A stretch of DNA of 64,000 bases, taken from contig MU008205.1 in assembly GCA_010909165.1 (NCBI GenBank), forward strand, positions 310,001 to 374,000, in the 5' to 3' direction. Below are positions 35,930 to 47,157 of this stretch, piece after piece. Position numbers and translations under genes: made by a program. Below the pieces are notes generated by a model. The model was not told the DNA's origin, searched no databases, and saw only the letters and a program-made list of their open reading frames with translations. Position 1 is the first letter of the stretch. Each line of letters starts with the position of its first letter. This DNA is from Anthoceros angustus. Lineage: Eukaryota; Plantae; Anthocerotophyta.

Positions 35930-37300
35930 AGGGACTCCTCCTTGCTTCCCGAGTCCGGCCTCACGGGTCCGGCCTCGACTCCAGTCGGGAGTGCCTTATT
36001 CCAGTCAGTGCTGGTCGGTCTCATCTCTCGGGTTCGGACCTCGGGGTCCGAACTTATCTGGTCCGGCCTCGACCCCGAGTCCGAACTGAGTCCGCTTTAT
36101 TTCCCGAGTCCGGCCCGGTCCGTCTCATCTCGGGTTCGACCTCGTGGTCCGACTTACACGGGTCCGTCCCCAAGCTCCGGACCCCTTATCTGCGGACCAC
36201 CTACTGCTAGGCCCTCATCCCTACCCACCGACCCTTGTCTTGGGTCGGGTTGGTTTCTCCTTCCGCGCCCCTTTCAGGGCCCCCATCTCTATCCTCCCGG
36301 ACAGGTTGCGGTGGACTTACCCCGAGGTCCGTTGTATTGGCCGCGTCCTGCTCCTCCTGAGGCTCTTCTCCCCCGCTGCCGTCGTCTCCAAACAGGGCCA
36401 CCGACCGATCGCCTCCCCAACAAGCCTGAGGGACTCCTCCAGCTCGAGTCCGGACTGGTCCGGCCTCGACCCCGAGTCCGAACTCGGAGTCTCGCTTTAT
36501 TTCCCGAGTCCCGAGTCCGGCCTCACGGGTCCGTCTCATCTCGGGTTCGACCTCGGTCCGAACTTACGGGTCCGTCCCCAAGCTCCGGACTTTATCTCGG
36601 ACCACCCATCGCTAGGCCTCATCTCACCCACCGACCCTTGTCTTGGGTCGGGTTGATTTTCTCCTTCCGCGCCTTTCGTGGCCCCCATCTCTATCCTCCC
36701 GACAAAGGCGTGGACTTACCCCGAGGTCCGCTGGCAAGGGGCCCCGCCTCCTCCCGAGGCTCTTCTCCCCGCCGCTGCCTCCAAACAGGCCACTAGGGTC
36801 CGTCTTTGTCCCCATGTCCTTCATCCCTTGAGCCTTGGGGTCCATTTGTGGCGGGGAGGCTTCAATGCCTTAAGGAGCTCGGCGTGGTAAGGCAAAATCC
36901 GAGTCAATTTCTTTGGATTGCCTCTTCCACATGTGCCCGAGCACCCGATACTCCTTTCGCCATTGGTGCTCGGGGAGGCGTCTTTGTCCGGCTTGGACCA
37001 TCTCCCTGCCGGGTTTTCGGTGGGCGGGCGAATCTCGAGGCCACAAGGGGCCTCGGTCACCTCACACACTTGGCCGCTGCTTCCGCCTTCCTCCTCGCCT
37101 CTGCTGCTTCCGCCTTCGCCATAACGCGCCCCTTCCGCCGCCTTTCGTGGCCCCCATCTCTATCCTCCCGACAGTTGCGGGACTTACCCCGAGGTCCGCT
37201 GTATTGGCTGGCCCCGCCTCCTCCCGAGGCTCTTCTCCCGCTGCCGCTCAGGCCACTAGGGTCCCTGTGTCCCCATGTCCTTCATCCCTTCTCGAGCCTT
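35930..37300. repeat. GC-rich complex repeat (ccgagtccggcctc units) with 350-450 bp higher-order duplications
   Basis: The blocks cccgagtccgaact.., gacttaccccgaggtccg and cctcccgaggctcttctccc recur 2-3 times. Confidence 0.75.
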
Positions 37301-40130
37301 CCGGGTCCGTCTGCTTGTAGCGCGCCGAGGCTTCCAATGCCTTAAGGAGCTCGTGGTAGTAGGCAAAACCGAGTCAATTTGCCGGATTGCCTCTTCCACA
37401 TGTGCCCGAGCACCCGACTCCGCCGAGCGTGGCCCCGGCTTGGACCATCTCCCCGCCAGTTTGATACCGGGCAATCTCGAGGCCACAAGGGACGCCCACC
37501 TCTCCCCGCCGCCCGCCCGCCCAGCCTGCTGCTTCCGCCTCGCTGCCGCCTTCGCCATAACGCAGCCCCTTCCGCCTTCCTTAATCGGACCAGCGGCTTC
37601 TTTTGCGTCCGGTGCTCTCGCTCCCGTTCATCACGGCCTTTAGCTCCGCCATCTCCTCTCTCGGGCAGTCGGGCAACTCTTTCGTGCGTGCTCCAGTCCT
37701 TCTCCATTTCGGCGGCGTCTGCTCCTTGTTCCATCGCCTTACCTCCTCCGTCCGCCAGCAGTGGAGCCGCTCTCGTTCGTGATCGTGATCACGCCTGATG
37801 CCATTCCGCTCAATGGTAACTTGGGCTGCGGCTCGAGGTCTCCTGCGGTCTTCCATCTCGCCGCTGTTGCTCCACCTCGCGCATGGCGAGTCAGGACCTC
37901 CATCTCCTTGTCGCGGGCTTCCTTCTCCTCGGCATGGCTGGCCCTGCTCCGCCGCCTCCTGCTCCGTCTTCAGGTTAGCCGCAGCCTGTCTCCCTCCACC
38001 GGTTCGATCACGCCGATAGTGATCGCGGTCGGTCTTAGCAGCGGCTTCCGCCTCCCTCGCCGCCTTCACAGGCGACTTGTCTTTGGTCGGCCGGGCCGCC
38101 TCGGCCAGTCGCGAGCCTTCTGCTTGCGCGGGCCTCCTGCCTCCTTCGCGCTACCCCTCTCCGCTGCAGGTCTTGACCGCTTGGGCCTCCTGTGCTGCTT
38201 GTGCTCACCCGGTGAAGGAATTTAGTCGTCTGTCGAATGGACGGACTTCTCTTCGGCCTCCCGGCGTTTCCCTTGATGCGGAGGCTTACGCCTTCCTCCT
38301 CGCCTCTGGGCCGCCTCCAATTGCTCCTCGGAGGAGCACCATCGCCTCCTTGTGGCTTCCACTTCACAGGTCTTCTCGGCATGCGAGACCCCAGGCATCT
38401 GATCCATGTGGCGGTAGCAGGACCCGCCGTGTCTCTTCCACGGCCGCCATTGGTGAGGCCCCAAAAGTCCGTAGTGGGGGCGGGCATCTCACGGTCCGCC
38501 AAGGACCTCCATACCCATGATCGGGAGGAGTCGGGGCTCTCGGACCTAATCGGGTCCCTTAGGTCTGAGTCAAGTGGGAGCTTCACCTCCTTGGCCCTCT
38601 TGGCCGCCAATTCCTTATTCGCCTCTTCGTCACAGGGCTCGGAGGGTGAGGGGTTCGAGCCGACCCCTTGCCTCTCCCGGTCGGCAGGCCCGGCTCAGGT
38701 GGGGTTGCCCGGTGACCTCCTCCTTGGCGTCTCTTGCCCTTCTCACGCCTCTTGACCTCTTGCCACTCCGTGGCGGGGGCAAGAACGAGCGCCGTCAGGA
38801 GTCTGCGTTGGCGGGTGGCACCGTCTTCCGCCTCTTGATTGCCCGGAGTTCGTCGGGGCTCATCGGCCGCTGTGGTCGGGCCGGGGCCGTCTCTGCCTTG
38901 CTCCGGTGGGGGCACCAAGAGGAGGAAGCGGGGATATCTTCCACACTTCCCTAGGTGGTGAGGGGTCCGTTCAGGGCGTATGGAGTCCTGATCCTCCCGC
39001 CTCCTCGCCTCCTCCGGACCCGTTTGGCCCTAGGGGTCGGGCCTCTACCTCGGGCGCCTTGCCGCTGCCTTCAGTAGGGCCGCCAACCCTTCCGGGCGCC
39101 GCTCTTCTTCCCCATCCTTCAGGAGGTCGTAATGTCCCCACACATGGATCAGGTATGGGGATAGTCCTGACGGAGGTGGCTTCTCCTCAGCTTGTGGGCC
39201 TCCTGGTGAACTGGCGAAGATGATCCTTCCCGCCGCCTCTTGCCCGTGCGCATGCAGGAACACCAATAAATTATCACCAAGGTGATCCACCTTGGTGAGC
39301 AAGTTCCGATGGACAATGATCCGGCCACGCCTCACCAGGGCCTCTCCCGGTCGGCATCAACGGCCGTTGGTTGTTCGCTGCGTTAAGACTTCGCCGCCGC
39401 GCCGCCTCTATCTTTCCCTCGCCTTGAGGGGGTTGGGACTCGCCCCCAATCTCCTCCTTGGGCGGTTGTAAGCCGCCCTGGACCTCAAGGTCCACCTCAC
39501 AGGATCCTCCGGAGGTTCTTGGATCGAACCTCCTTGTTGGCCGCCAACATCTTCGGCGAACTCCGGACTAGGTGACATCACAAATGTCCGACGGCTGGAA
39601 CACGTCTAGTGCCACTCTTGACCAATCCTCCGCCTCCTCCGGCCGGCCCAAAGTCCGGATAGCGCGGGTGACAATGTTGCGCTCTACCGGGTTCCATGGC
39701 TCCCATACCTCCATGACCTTCTTGGGTCCCATCGCCTTCTTCTCCTTACTCCGTGGCGATTGTCGAGATCGGCGGCACGATCGCCCTCTGCGTTGTGCTC
39801 CAACCCCAAAGGTGAGCCGCGGATGCTGGCGTTCGGAGATAGCGCCAGAGGGCGGTGGTTGCGGAGCGCAAGAGACCGCGAGAATTGTCTCGGTCGCCGA
39901 GAAATGACCCTCCTCGTCGGCGGGGTAATGCTGGGCGGGAGGTGCCCTTCCTCGTCTGTAATCGCCAGGTCCGCATGGCTTACTCTCACCTTACGCCCGC
40001 TTACTGCCTTACGCCCGCTTACTGCCTTACGCCGCGCCGCTGGGCGTGAATACCCTGCCTGGCAATCGGTCTGGCTGCTGCATGCCGACCTCCATTCGGG
40101 GCCGTCCGGGCGCCGCTCGGTCGACTTCAC
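36800..40130 (-). mobile_element. Frameshifted Ty3/gypsy (Athila/Tat-like) accessory ORF: putative plant-transposon domain, low-complexity linker, coiled coil
   Basis: KVDHLGDNLLVFLH...GRIIFA...LSPYLIHVWGHY resembles the plus-strand ORF at 41.8-42.1 kb. The downstream coiled coil contains RAHVEEAIRQIDS and YHAELLKAL. Confidence 0.5.
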
Positions 40131-40364
40131 GACTCAACTTCTAAATTACTTTCCTGGCGTACTTATCTGTTTTGAGTGGGGTCCGGACTTATCCGATACC
40201 CGGTCGCGATCCGTAGCTCGTCGGTAGTGCAGTCATTACCCTCCAGTCCGATACTCGAACCGTCCAGTGTCCGTGCTTATTCCTCCTTTTCCGCCTTATT
40301 TTACCCGGACCTCACGAAAAAACAAAACCCAACTTATTTCCTAGCCCAAGGGAAGTCCGCAGCC

Positions 40365-41755
40365 CACAAGGCTGCGTCGGGGACATTGCGTCTGCAGGCG
40401 CGGGCGCACCCACGAAGGGAAGGAGCTCGAACTTCCATCGGTGACATCATGTGGTCGCTGGGAGGAGGTAGGAACCACAGGCCCGCCAGAAATTCGCAGT
40501 GTCGCTGATTCGGCGCGAGACTCGAAGGCTGCTGTGGAGGATGGCGCCCAAGGTCACAACGGTGAGATTGTGCTTGCCAATGGCCAAATATGGATCATTG
40601 GAAAGTCCGAAGGAATTGGTGAAGGAGGCTGGGCTTCATGGAGAAGCGCTGAATTATGTGAACCTAGGATGTGCAGTGCGCCCGCCATCGAAGGCAAGCA
40701 ATCGGGCGAAGGGATTAGGCGAAGCCCGATTGGGATCCGAATTGGTTAGAAGGGTGTATGGGCGCAGCAAGGAGGAGGCAGTGGTTCGGTGATGGAACCT
40801 TCCGGAAGGAACAGCAAGCGGCGGCGGCGGCGGGGCCACAAGGCTGCGTCCGGGGACATTGCGTCTGCAGGCGCGGGCGCACCCACGAAGGGAAGGAGCT
40901 CCGAACTTCCACATCGGTGACATCATGATGCTGAGCTAGAGGAGGTAGGAACCACAGGCCCGCCAGAAATTCGCAGCAGGTATTCGGGGCGCGAGACTCG
41001 AAGACCGTGGAGGGATGGCGCCCAAGGTCACGGTGAGATTGTGCTGCCCAATGGCCAAATATGGATCATTGGAAAGTCCGAGCTGGGAATTGGTGAAGGA
41101 GCCTGGGCTTCATGGAGAAGCGCTGAATTATGTGAACCTAGGATCAGCAGTGCGCCCGCCATCGAAGGCAAGCAATCGGCGAAGGGATTAGGCGAAGCCC
41201 GATTGGGATCCGAATTGGTTAGAAGGGTGTATGGGCGCAAGGAGGAGGCAGTGGTTCGGTGATGGAACCTTCCGGAAGGAACAGCAAGCGGCGGCGGCGG
41301 CGGGGCCACAAGGCTGCGTCCGGGGACATTGCGTCTGCAGGCGCGGGCGCACCCACGAAGGGAAGGAGCTCCGAACTTCCACATCGGTGACATCATGATG
41401 CTGAGCTAGAGGAGGTAGGAACCACAGGCCCGCCAGAAATTCGCAGCAGGTATTCGGGGCGCGAGACTCGAAGACCGTGGAGGGATGGCGCCCAAGGTCA
41501 CGAGATTGTGCTGCCCAATGGCCAAATATGGATCATTGGAAAGTCCGAGCTGGGGAATTGGTGAAGGAGCTGGGGCTGGGCTTCATGGAGAAGCGCTGGA
41601 ATTATGTGAACCTAGGATCAGCAGAGTGCGCCGCCATCCGAAGGCAAGCAATCGGGCGAAGGGATTAGAGCGAAGCCCCGTGATTGGGATCCGAATCGTT
41701 AAGGGTGTATGGGCGCAGGAAGGAGGAGGCAGTGGTTCGGTGATGGAACCTTCCT
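40365..41755. repeat. About 472-bp unit repeated three times in tandem
   Basis: cacaaggctgcgtc..ggacattgcgtctgcagg occurs at about 40365, 40837 and 41308. Confidence 0.9.
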
Positions 41756-43000
41756 AAGAGGAGCAGCAAAGAAGAAGCAGCCCGCCTCGTTAAGGCGGGC
41801 GTAATCAAGAACACGGCTAATCGCGACTTGGCAACAACACAGTTGATGGGTCTGGCCAGATGGCTTCTGTGTTTCCTACAGCACAAGAAGCAGGATTATT
41901 TGTCTGACCACTTGCTGCTGTTCCTCCATGAAGTTGTCAAGGGGGCGAAAATCGATTGGGGACGGATTCTCTTCGACAAATTGTGTGAAGAGAGGTTGAA
42001 CCTGATTGCTCCTACCCCTCGGCCCTCTCTAATTTCACCTTTCCTGGTCCATCTTTGCGCTACGCGCCCGAGGTAGAAATTGTGGCCTCCCTTCACATGT
42101 GGAAGCCGGTTAGGGAGGTGAAGTGGAAGGCGGAGGAGCCCAAGGAGGAAATCGAGGTGGAATCGGGGCGGCCGGAGTGTGGCGGCAGGCTACGAGAGAA
42201 AGAAATTTCCACCAGCAAGAAGAGGAAGACCGGGGGTGGCAAACGGGCCTCAGCGAAAAAGGTGAAGGTGGACGCGCGCGTCACCAGGTCGAAGGCGGGC
42301 GCCGCGCTGCAGAAAGTAAAGGCCAATCGGCAGGTTGAGGTGGCGGAAGAAGAGGCGCGGTCGGAGGAAGACCAGTGTGCTGACCTGGATGCAGATGGCG
42401 AACCAACCCCGGAGAATTAGGGCTGACCTCGGAAGCGGACCTCTCCTCAGCATGGGAGGAGATTTTCAAAGGGACTCCACTGGCAACAGAAGTGGATGCC
42501 GAATTGGTGAGGGTGCGCACCTTGCTGGGAAGGAAAGTGCTCGACAGGGGGATGGCGTCTGGCGCGGGGCCGCCACAACAGGTGGATTTGCGGGGAGCGG
42601 CCACGCCGATGATCCGGGCCCAAGCGGATTTGTTAGATCAAGCGGCCTTGGCTCTCACATGGCTCAGTGTGCAAGGCGGCGGAGGAAGTAGTAAAGGCCG
42701 GGTTTGGCGAGGCCAAGCGCAAGCAGCGGAGGAAGACAAGCGAGACCTAGAGGAAAAAGGGCCAAGATTCGGAGGATTTGTGCAGGCTCGGGAGAAGTTA
42801 CGAGGCCATGAGGCGCTCATGGCTCAAATTAAGGATGCCCATGAGACGAACCAGGAGATGCAGGGAGAGCTGTTGCGAGCCCATGAGCAAGAGGCGGCCT
42901 CTGTGGAAGGAAAGGCTGGCGGAGCAGTATAAGCAGGCGGGATGAGGCACGTGGCCGAGCCAGAAAGGATAAGGGAAAGGGGAAGCGAGGTAGCAGGACC
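40540..43000 (+). mobile_element. Ty3/gypsy (Athila/Tat-like) accessory ('env-like'/plant transposon protein) ORF, frameshifted
   Basis: KQDYLSDHLLLFLHEVVKGAKIDWGRILFDKLCEERLNLIAPTPRPSLISPFLVHLC fits the pattern of putative plant transposon protein domains. It is followed by a K/R-rich NLS-like stretch and a coiled coil, and lies just upstream of an LTR. Confidence 0.55.
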
Positions 43001-43265
43001 ACGACTGGGGTAGTGGAAGGAACTACCGAAGGAAAGGATGCAACATGATGGCGAAACACCTCGGGGTTCTTGAGCAGGGCACAGTCGTGGAGTCCACCAC
43101 CGCGGTAGCGGAAGCTGCTACCGGCATTGGCGAGCCCAACTCTGAAGCGGCCATGAGCGGAGCGACAGGATGCGACGCGGCACCTCGCGAGGACATGGGC
43201 CAAGCAACCAGGTGTAGCCCACGGGAGGAGGGGTAAGCACCTCAGCTACAGCAGGAGGTCCTATT

Positions 43266-43733
43266 ATGTTGCGGCACATGGATGAGGAAACTTATGTTCC
43301 TGGTCTATATGTGAATGGGGAACGCGTGCTTAACTTCACTGTCCATGTGCGTGTGGAAATAGGAGGGATCAGGGCCTACCTACTGCAAGTGAGGACTCGA
43401 AGTGCATACTTCTACCACTGCGCCCGAGTGTGGGGGTTGGCCCCCTATTATGCGGAGGCGACTTTGGAGGAGTTAAGTGAGGAGGAGGTCCAGGCTTGGG
43501 TGGACGAGGAACCGGTAATAATCCTCAGCAATAGGCGGCAAGCGGAAGACGCGGAAGCTCCAGGGCAGGGTACACCTCAAATTAGGACGTCCAGTAGTGA
43601 CAGTGATGTGGAAGTATTGTGGAAAACCTGTCAGATCAGCGGCGTGGAAGGAGGGCTCGTGGCGGCAGCGATGGAGGACGAAGTGCCAGGCGGCCAAGTC
43701 GAGGGAGGGCGCGCAGATAGCGTAGACAGATAG
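43266..43733 (+). CDS. Uninterrupted 155-aa ORF of unknown function in the retroelement 3' region
   Basis: ATG-initiated; mixed hydrophobic/aromatic N-half and acidic C-half; no recognised family. Confidence 0.35.
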   Translation: MLRHMDEETYVPGLYVNGERVLNFTVHVRVEIGGIRAYLLQVRTRSAYFYHCARVWGLAPYYAEATLEELSEEEVQAWVDEEPVIILSNRRQAEDAEAPGQGTPQIRTSSSDSDVEVLWKTCQISGVEGGLVAAAMEDEVPGGQVEGGRADSVDR

Positions 43734-43739
43734 GTGATA

Positions 43740-45316
43740 GCATCCTAAGGATAGATTTGGTTAGGATGCTGCACTGGACCTAAGATCGCTCCGAATTGTG
43801 GGTGCGTCCCTTCATGATGGCCATCTTGGGACCTAAAAATCTGGGGCATGGCATCCCATCCGATGTATAAGAGGGGCGAATTATGCCCCTCCTGGCAGAT
43901 AATTTCTGGTTGAGATCCCCACGCTGCCTGTGGCTGGTTGGAGACGTCCGATTGAGGTAGGGTGTGCGAGACGCTCCTAGGGGTGGTCGAGCTTGCTCCA
44001 GAGGCAGGCGGAGGGGTGAGTGAGCTCCTGACGAGGAGGGGAAATCGAGGGATTGGCGCGGGGCGGGTCTGAGCTTGCAACGCCTGTGTGGCCGAGAATT
44101 CTTCCTCCCCTCACCCTTCCTTCTGCTGGCTGTGTTCCAAAATTAAGAGTGTATGTGGTGTGTGTGAATGAAAGCCTGAGGGCGTGTCGAAAGAGGGAGA
44201 GAAGTGGAAGAAGTGAATCAAGGAGGAGAAGAAAGGGTGGCTGAGCACTGTACGCGACGCGAGGTGTAAGGCAGTGTGGTGAAGTTGGGGAGGTGAACTA
44301 ACTAAGCGACTAACAGTGGAAATTGCGCAGATCAGAGAAGATCCCAGAACGGTGCTGTTCGTGAAGGTGAGTACAAGTGGAAATATCATTCCTTCCGAAT
44401 TGTGTGGCAAGTGTGTGTGTGTGTGTGAAGCGATTGAGAGGGATCTAGACGTGGGCCCCTAGGAGTCGATGTGTGTGAGTATGGAGTGGGGTGCATAATA
44501 GAACGACCATGAGCATTGGTAGCCGCGTATCAGGTCCGGCGCGCGGAGATGAGTCGCTAGGGTTTGGTGTGGGACCCACCTCGGTGGGCGTAGCAACTAC
44601 CAGCTGGTGAGAGCCACCGGTAGTAACTCGGAGAAAGGTGGAATAAGCTTTGTGGTCGTGGAACCGGATGGTAGTTAGATAAGTTGGGGAGGTGAACTAA
44701 CTAAGCGACTAACGGTGGAAATTGCGAGATCGAGAAGATCCCAGCGGTCTCGTGAAGGTGAGTACAAGTGGAAATATCATTCCTTCCAGAATTGTGTGAA
44801 GGCGGCCCTGTGTGTGTGTGTGTGTGAAGCGATTGAGAGGGATCTGCGGAACGTGGGCCCCTAGGAGTCGATGTGTGTGTGAGTATGGAGTGTGGGGTGC
44901 ATAATAGAACCTGACCTGTGAGCATTGGTAGCCGCCCGTAACAGGGTCCCGCGGCGCCGTGCGCCAGAGATGAGTCGCTAGGGTTTGGTGTGGGACCCAC
45001 CTCAGTAGGCGTAGCAACTACCCGGCAGTGGTGAGCCACCGCGGTAGTAACTCGGGAACGGAGGTCGTGGAATAAGCTTTGTGGTCGTGGAACCAGATCT
45101 GTGGTAGTTAGATAAGTTGGGAGGTAGTAGTAGACGAACAGATAGACGAGAGGGGGAATAGCAGGAAAAGTCCTAACTTAGGTGAAGGTCAGAAACAATA
45201 GAAGTTAGCGTTTCTTGGCACAAATCATTCCCTTAGGAACGAATCCCAAGACTACAACGACATTGAGGGTAAATGTGGACCTCACGGTGTCCCCGGACAC
45301 CAGGTTACACTCCACA
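43740..45316 (+). mobile_element. Ty3/gypsy LTR (5' boundary approximate) with about 400-bp internal duplication (44281-44681 / 44682-45110)
   Basis: Ends in ...ctccaCA at 45316, three nt before a canonical PBS. TATA-like tataagagggg at 43866. Confidence 0.6.
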
Positions 45317-45319
45317 TTT

Positions 45320-45337
45320 TGGCGCCGTTGCCGGGGA
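45320..45337 (+). promoter_or_regulatory. Primer-binding site complementary to the 3' end of tRNA-Asp (TGGCGCCGTTGCCGGGGA)
   Basis: Exact 18-mer typical of Athila-type plant gypsy elements, located between the LTR end and gag. Confidence 0.9.
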
Positions 45338-45414
45338 ATGAAATCGCTGTCAAGGACGTAGGAAGGACTAACCCTAGCTTACGTAGAGTCTAGCATTACT
45401 AGATTGATAGATGG

Positions 45415-46080
45415 ATGCCTCGGGTGAAGACGAGCGACTCTGGGTCTGACTTTGGGGAAACGCCTTTGGTAAAGCAACAACGCCAAGCAGCAGAAAGGTT
45501 GCAGAGAGTTACGAGGAGGGCGCAGGTCACAACTACTGGACAAGGGAGAGGAGCGGGGACTCGACTCGGAATCAGGGATCGGACCTTATCCGACACAGAT
45601 TCCCAACTATCGGCTACGGAAACGGTAGAAGGGGCCAGGTACCCCGATTCCACCTTGCCCTTTGATCTCTGTTCCAGGTTGCCTAGATCAGCTACGGTCC
45701 AGTCGAACTTCGTGGATGTGGAGGTCAGTCCAGACGTAGTGGCCATGTCAACTACTGCAGTCGTTGAAAGTGCTACCACGGTAGTTATGGCCAGTACTCC
45801 GGTGCTTGTTACTACTAAGCAATCTTACCCGTTGTATGGAGAAAAGAAGGGCCATGAGGATCCTGACAAGTTCGTCGAGCGTTTTGAGCAGCTAACGCTT
45901 GCCAATCAGGAGGATGCGCAACGTGCCCAGCTGTTTTATGGGGTCTTACGCGGAGCGGCGGCCAAGTGGTACAAGTGGGAGTACATAGCTTCTTCCACAC
46001 CCCCAGCCACCTTTGGGGCCTTGAAGAGAGCTTTTTGCGAAAGGTTTAGAGGAGTCGGTGTCGAAGGATATGTCCTGAAT
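45415..46080 (+). mobile_element. Ty3/gypsy gag N-terminal part, truncated
   Basis: EDPDKFVERFEQL...AQLFYGVLRGAAAKWY...TFGALKRAFCERF is a Retrotrans_gag-like signature. The sequence changes abruptly to a different repeat at about 46080. Confidence 0.85.
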
Positions 46081-46081
46081 T

Positions 46082-46290
46082 CGGGCCTATACATTCAAGC
46101 TTGATTACAGGCCTAAAGTATCAGGCCTGAGTACAGGTCTGAAAGTTCAGACCTGAATTTTCAGGCCTGATACTTCAGGCCTGGAGTTACAGGCCTGAAA
46201 AAATAGGTGTAGTGTGTCAGGCCTGTAATTACAGGCTTGTAACTCCATGGCCTATTAATTTAGGCCTGAGGCCTGTTACTATAGGCCAGA
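46082..46290. repeat. Cluster of about 13 palindromic caggcctg(a)-type motifs
   Basis: tcaggcctga, acaggcctga, acaggtctga, tcagacctga etc. every 10-20 bp. Confidence 0.9.
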
Positions 46291-46369
46291 AAGCGTGGCT
46301 TTCAGTCGTGAGGTTTTGTAGGACAGAATATACTAAAGCACAATTGTCTATGTGTTTTTGTATGTGCAG

Positions 46370-47157
46370 GTTACATACTACGTGACTCACCTTCTTGGTT
46401 TCGACTGAAGGATAGGGTGCACTACACTATCCGACACATGTGCAACCCACTGCTGTCTGATTTTTGGGCGCACTCTGATGTTGATGTGCTTCTTATTGAA
46501 AGCACCTTACGTCAAACAATTTCAGGTCCATGGAGCTTTCATTGTGTTGTAGCTCAGTTAGTGGCACCCGGATTGAGGCATTGGAAGAATAAGTTGAGGA
46601 AGGAGGCTAGGCACTTCTTACATGGGAAGAAATTAAGTGACAAGTATGTGCCCAAGAGCCTGAAGAAGGAGTATTGGGATGTTCTTCTGAAACAGGAGAC
46701 AGAGAAGCTAGATGGTGTTGTTGCACCCAGTCAACATAAGATTGCTGCAGTGCAGAGAGGGAAAAACGTCGCTGCTAAGCCCTATTCTTGCTTTGGGTTT
46801 GGAGTTCAAAAGCAATTCATAGACAGGTTCATTTCCAAGTTTGATAAGCAAGCAACTTTTGAAGAGATCAAGGCTGTGGGATCTAGGCATCGAAATTGGG
46901 TGAACAAGCTGAGAGCGCATTGGAAAGAGACTGAAACCACAATTCCATCCTTGGGTCCTCAAGTGGATTCTGAAGGGAAAATCGATAAGGCTGTGAATGT
47001 CTGGAATCTATTGCATGAAGCAGGATATGAGAGTGTAGAGTGTGATGAACAGGTAATGGAGGCCATTCTGAAGAAGAGGGTCCAGGATGAAGGTTTCATG
47101 GTGGAACATCTTCTTCCCCGAACAGTTGCGAAAAAGGCTAAGAAAGCCTCATCATAG
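46370..47157 (+). CDS. CACTA TnpA-like (Ptta/En/Spm) last exon
   Basis: Acceptor tatgtgcag| at 46369 with an open frame from there. LRHWKNKLRK...VPKSLKKEYWDVLLK...SQHKIAAVQRGKN follows the TnpA pattern. Confidence 0.55.

Noticed and set aside
40540-43000. True retroviral envelope gene (endogenous virus)
   Set aside because: No clear signal peptide or transmembrane segment is visible, and the protein is basic and coiled-coil; it is treated as a gypsy accessory ORF.
45320-45337. tRNA-Asp gene
   Set aside because: Only the 18-nt complement of the tRNA 3' end is present, in PBS position; there is no cloverleaf.
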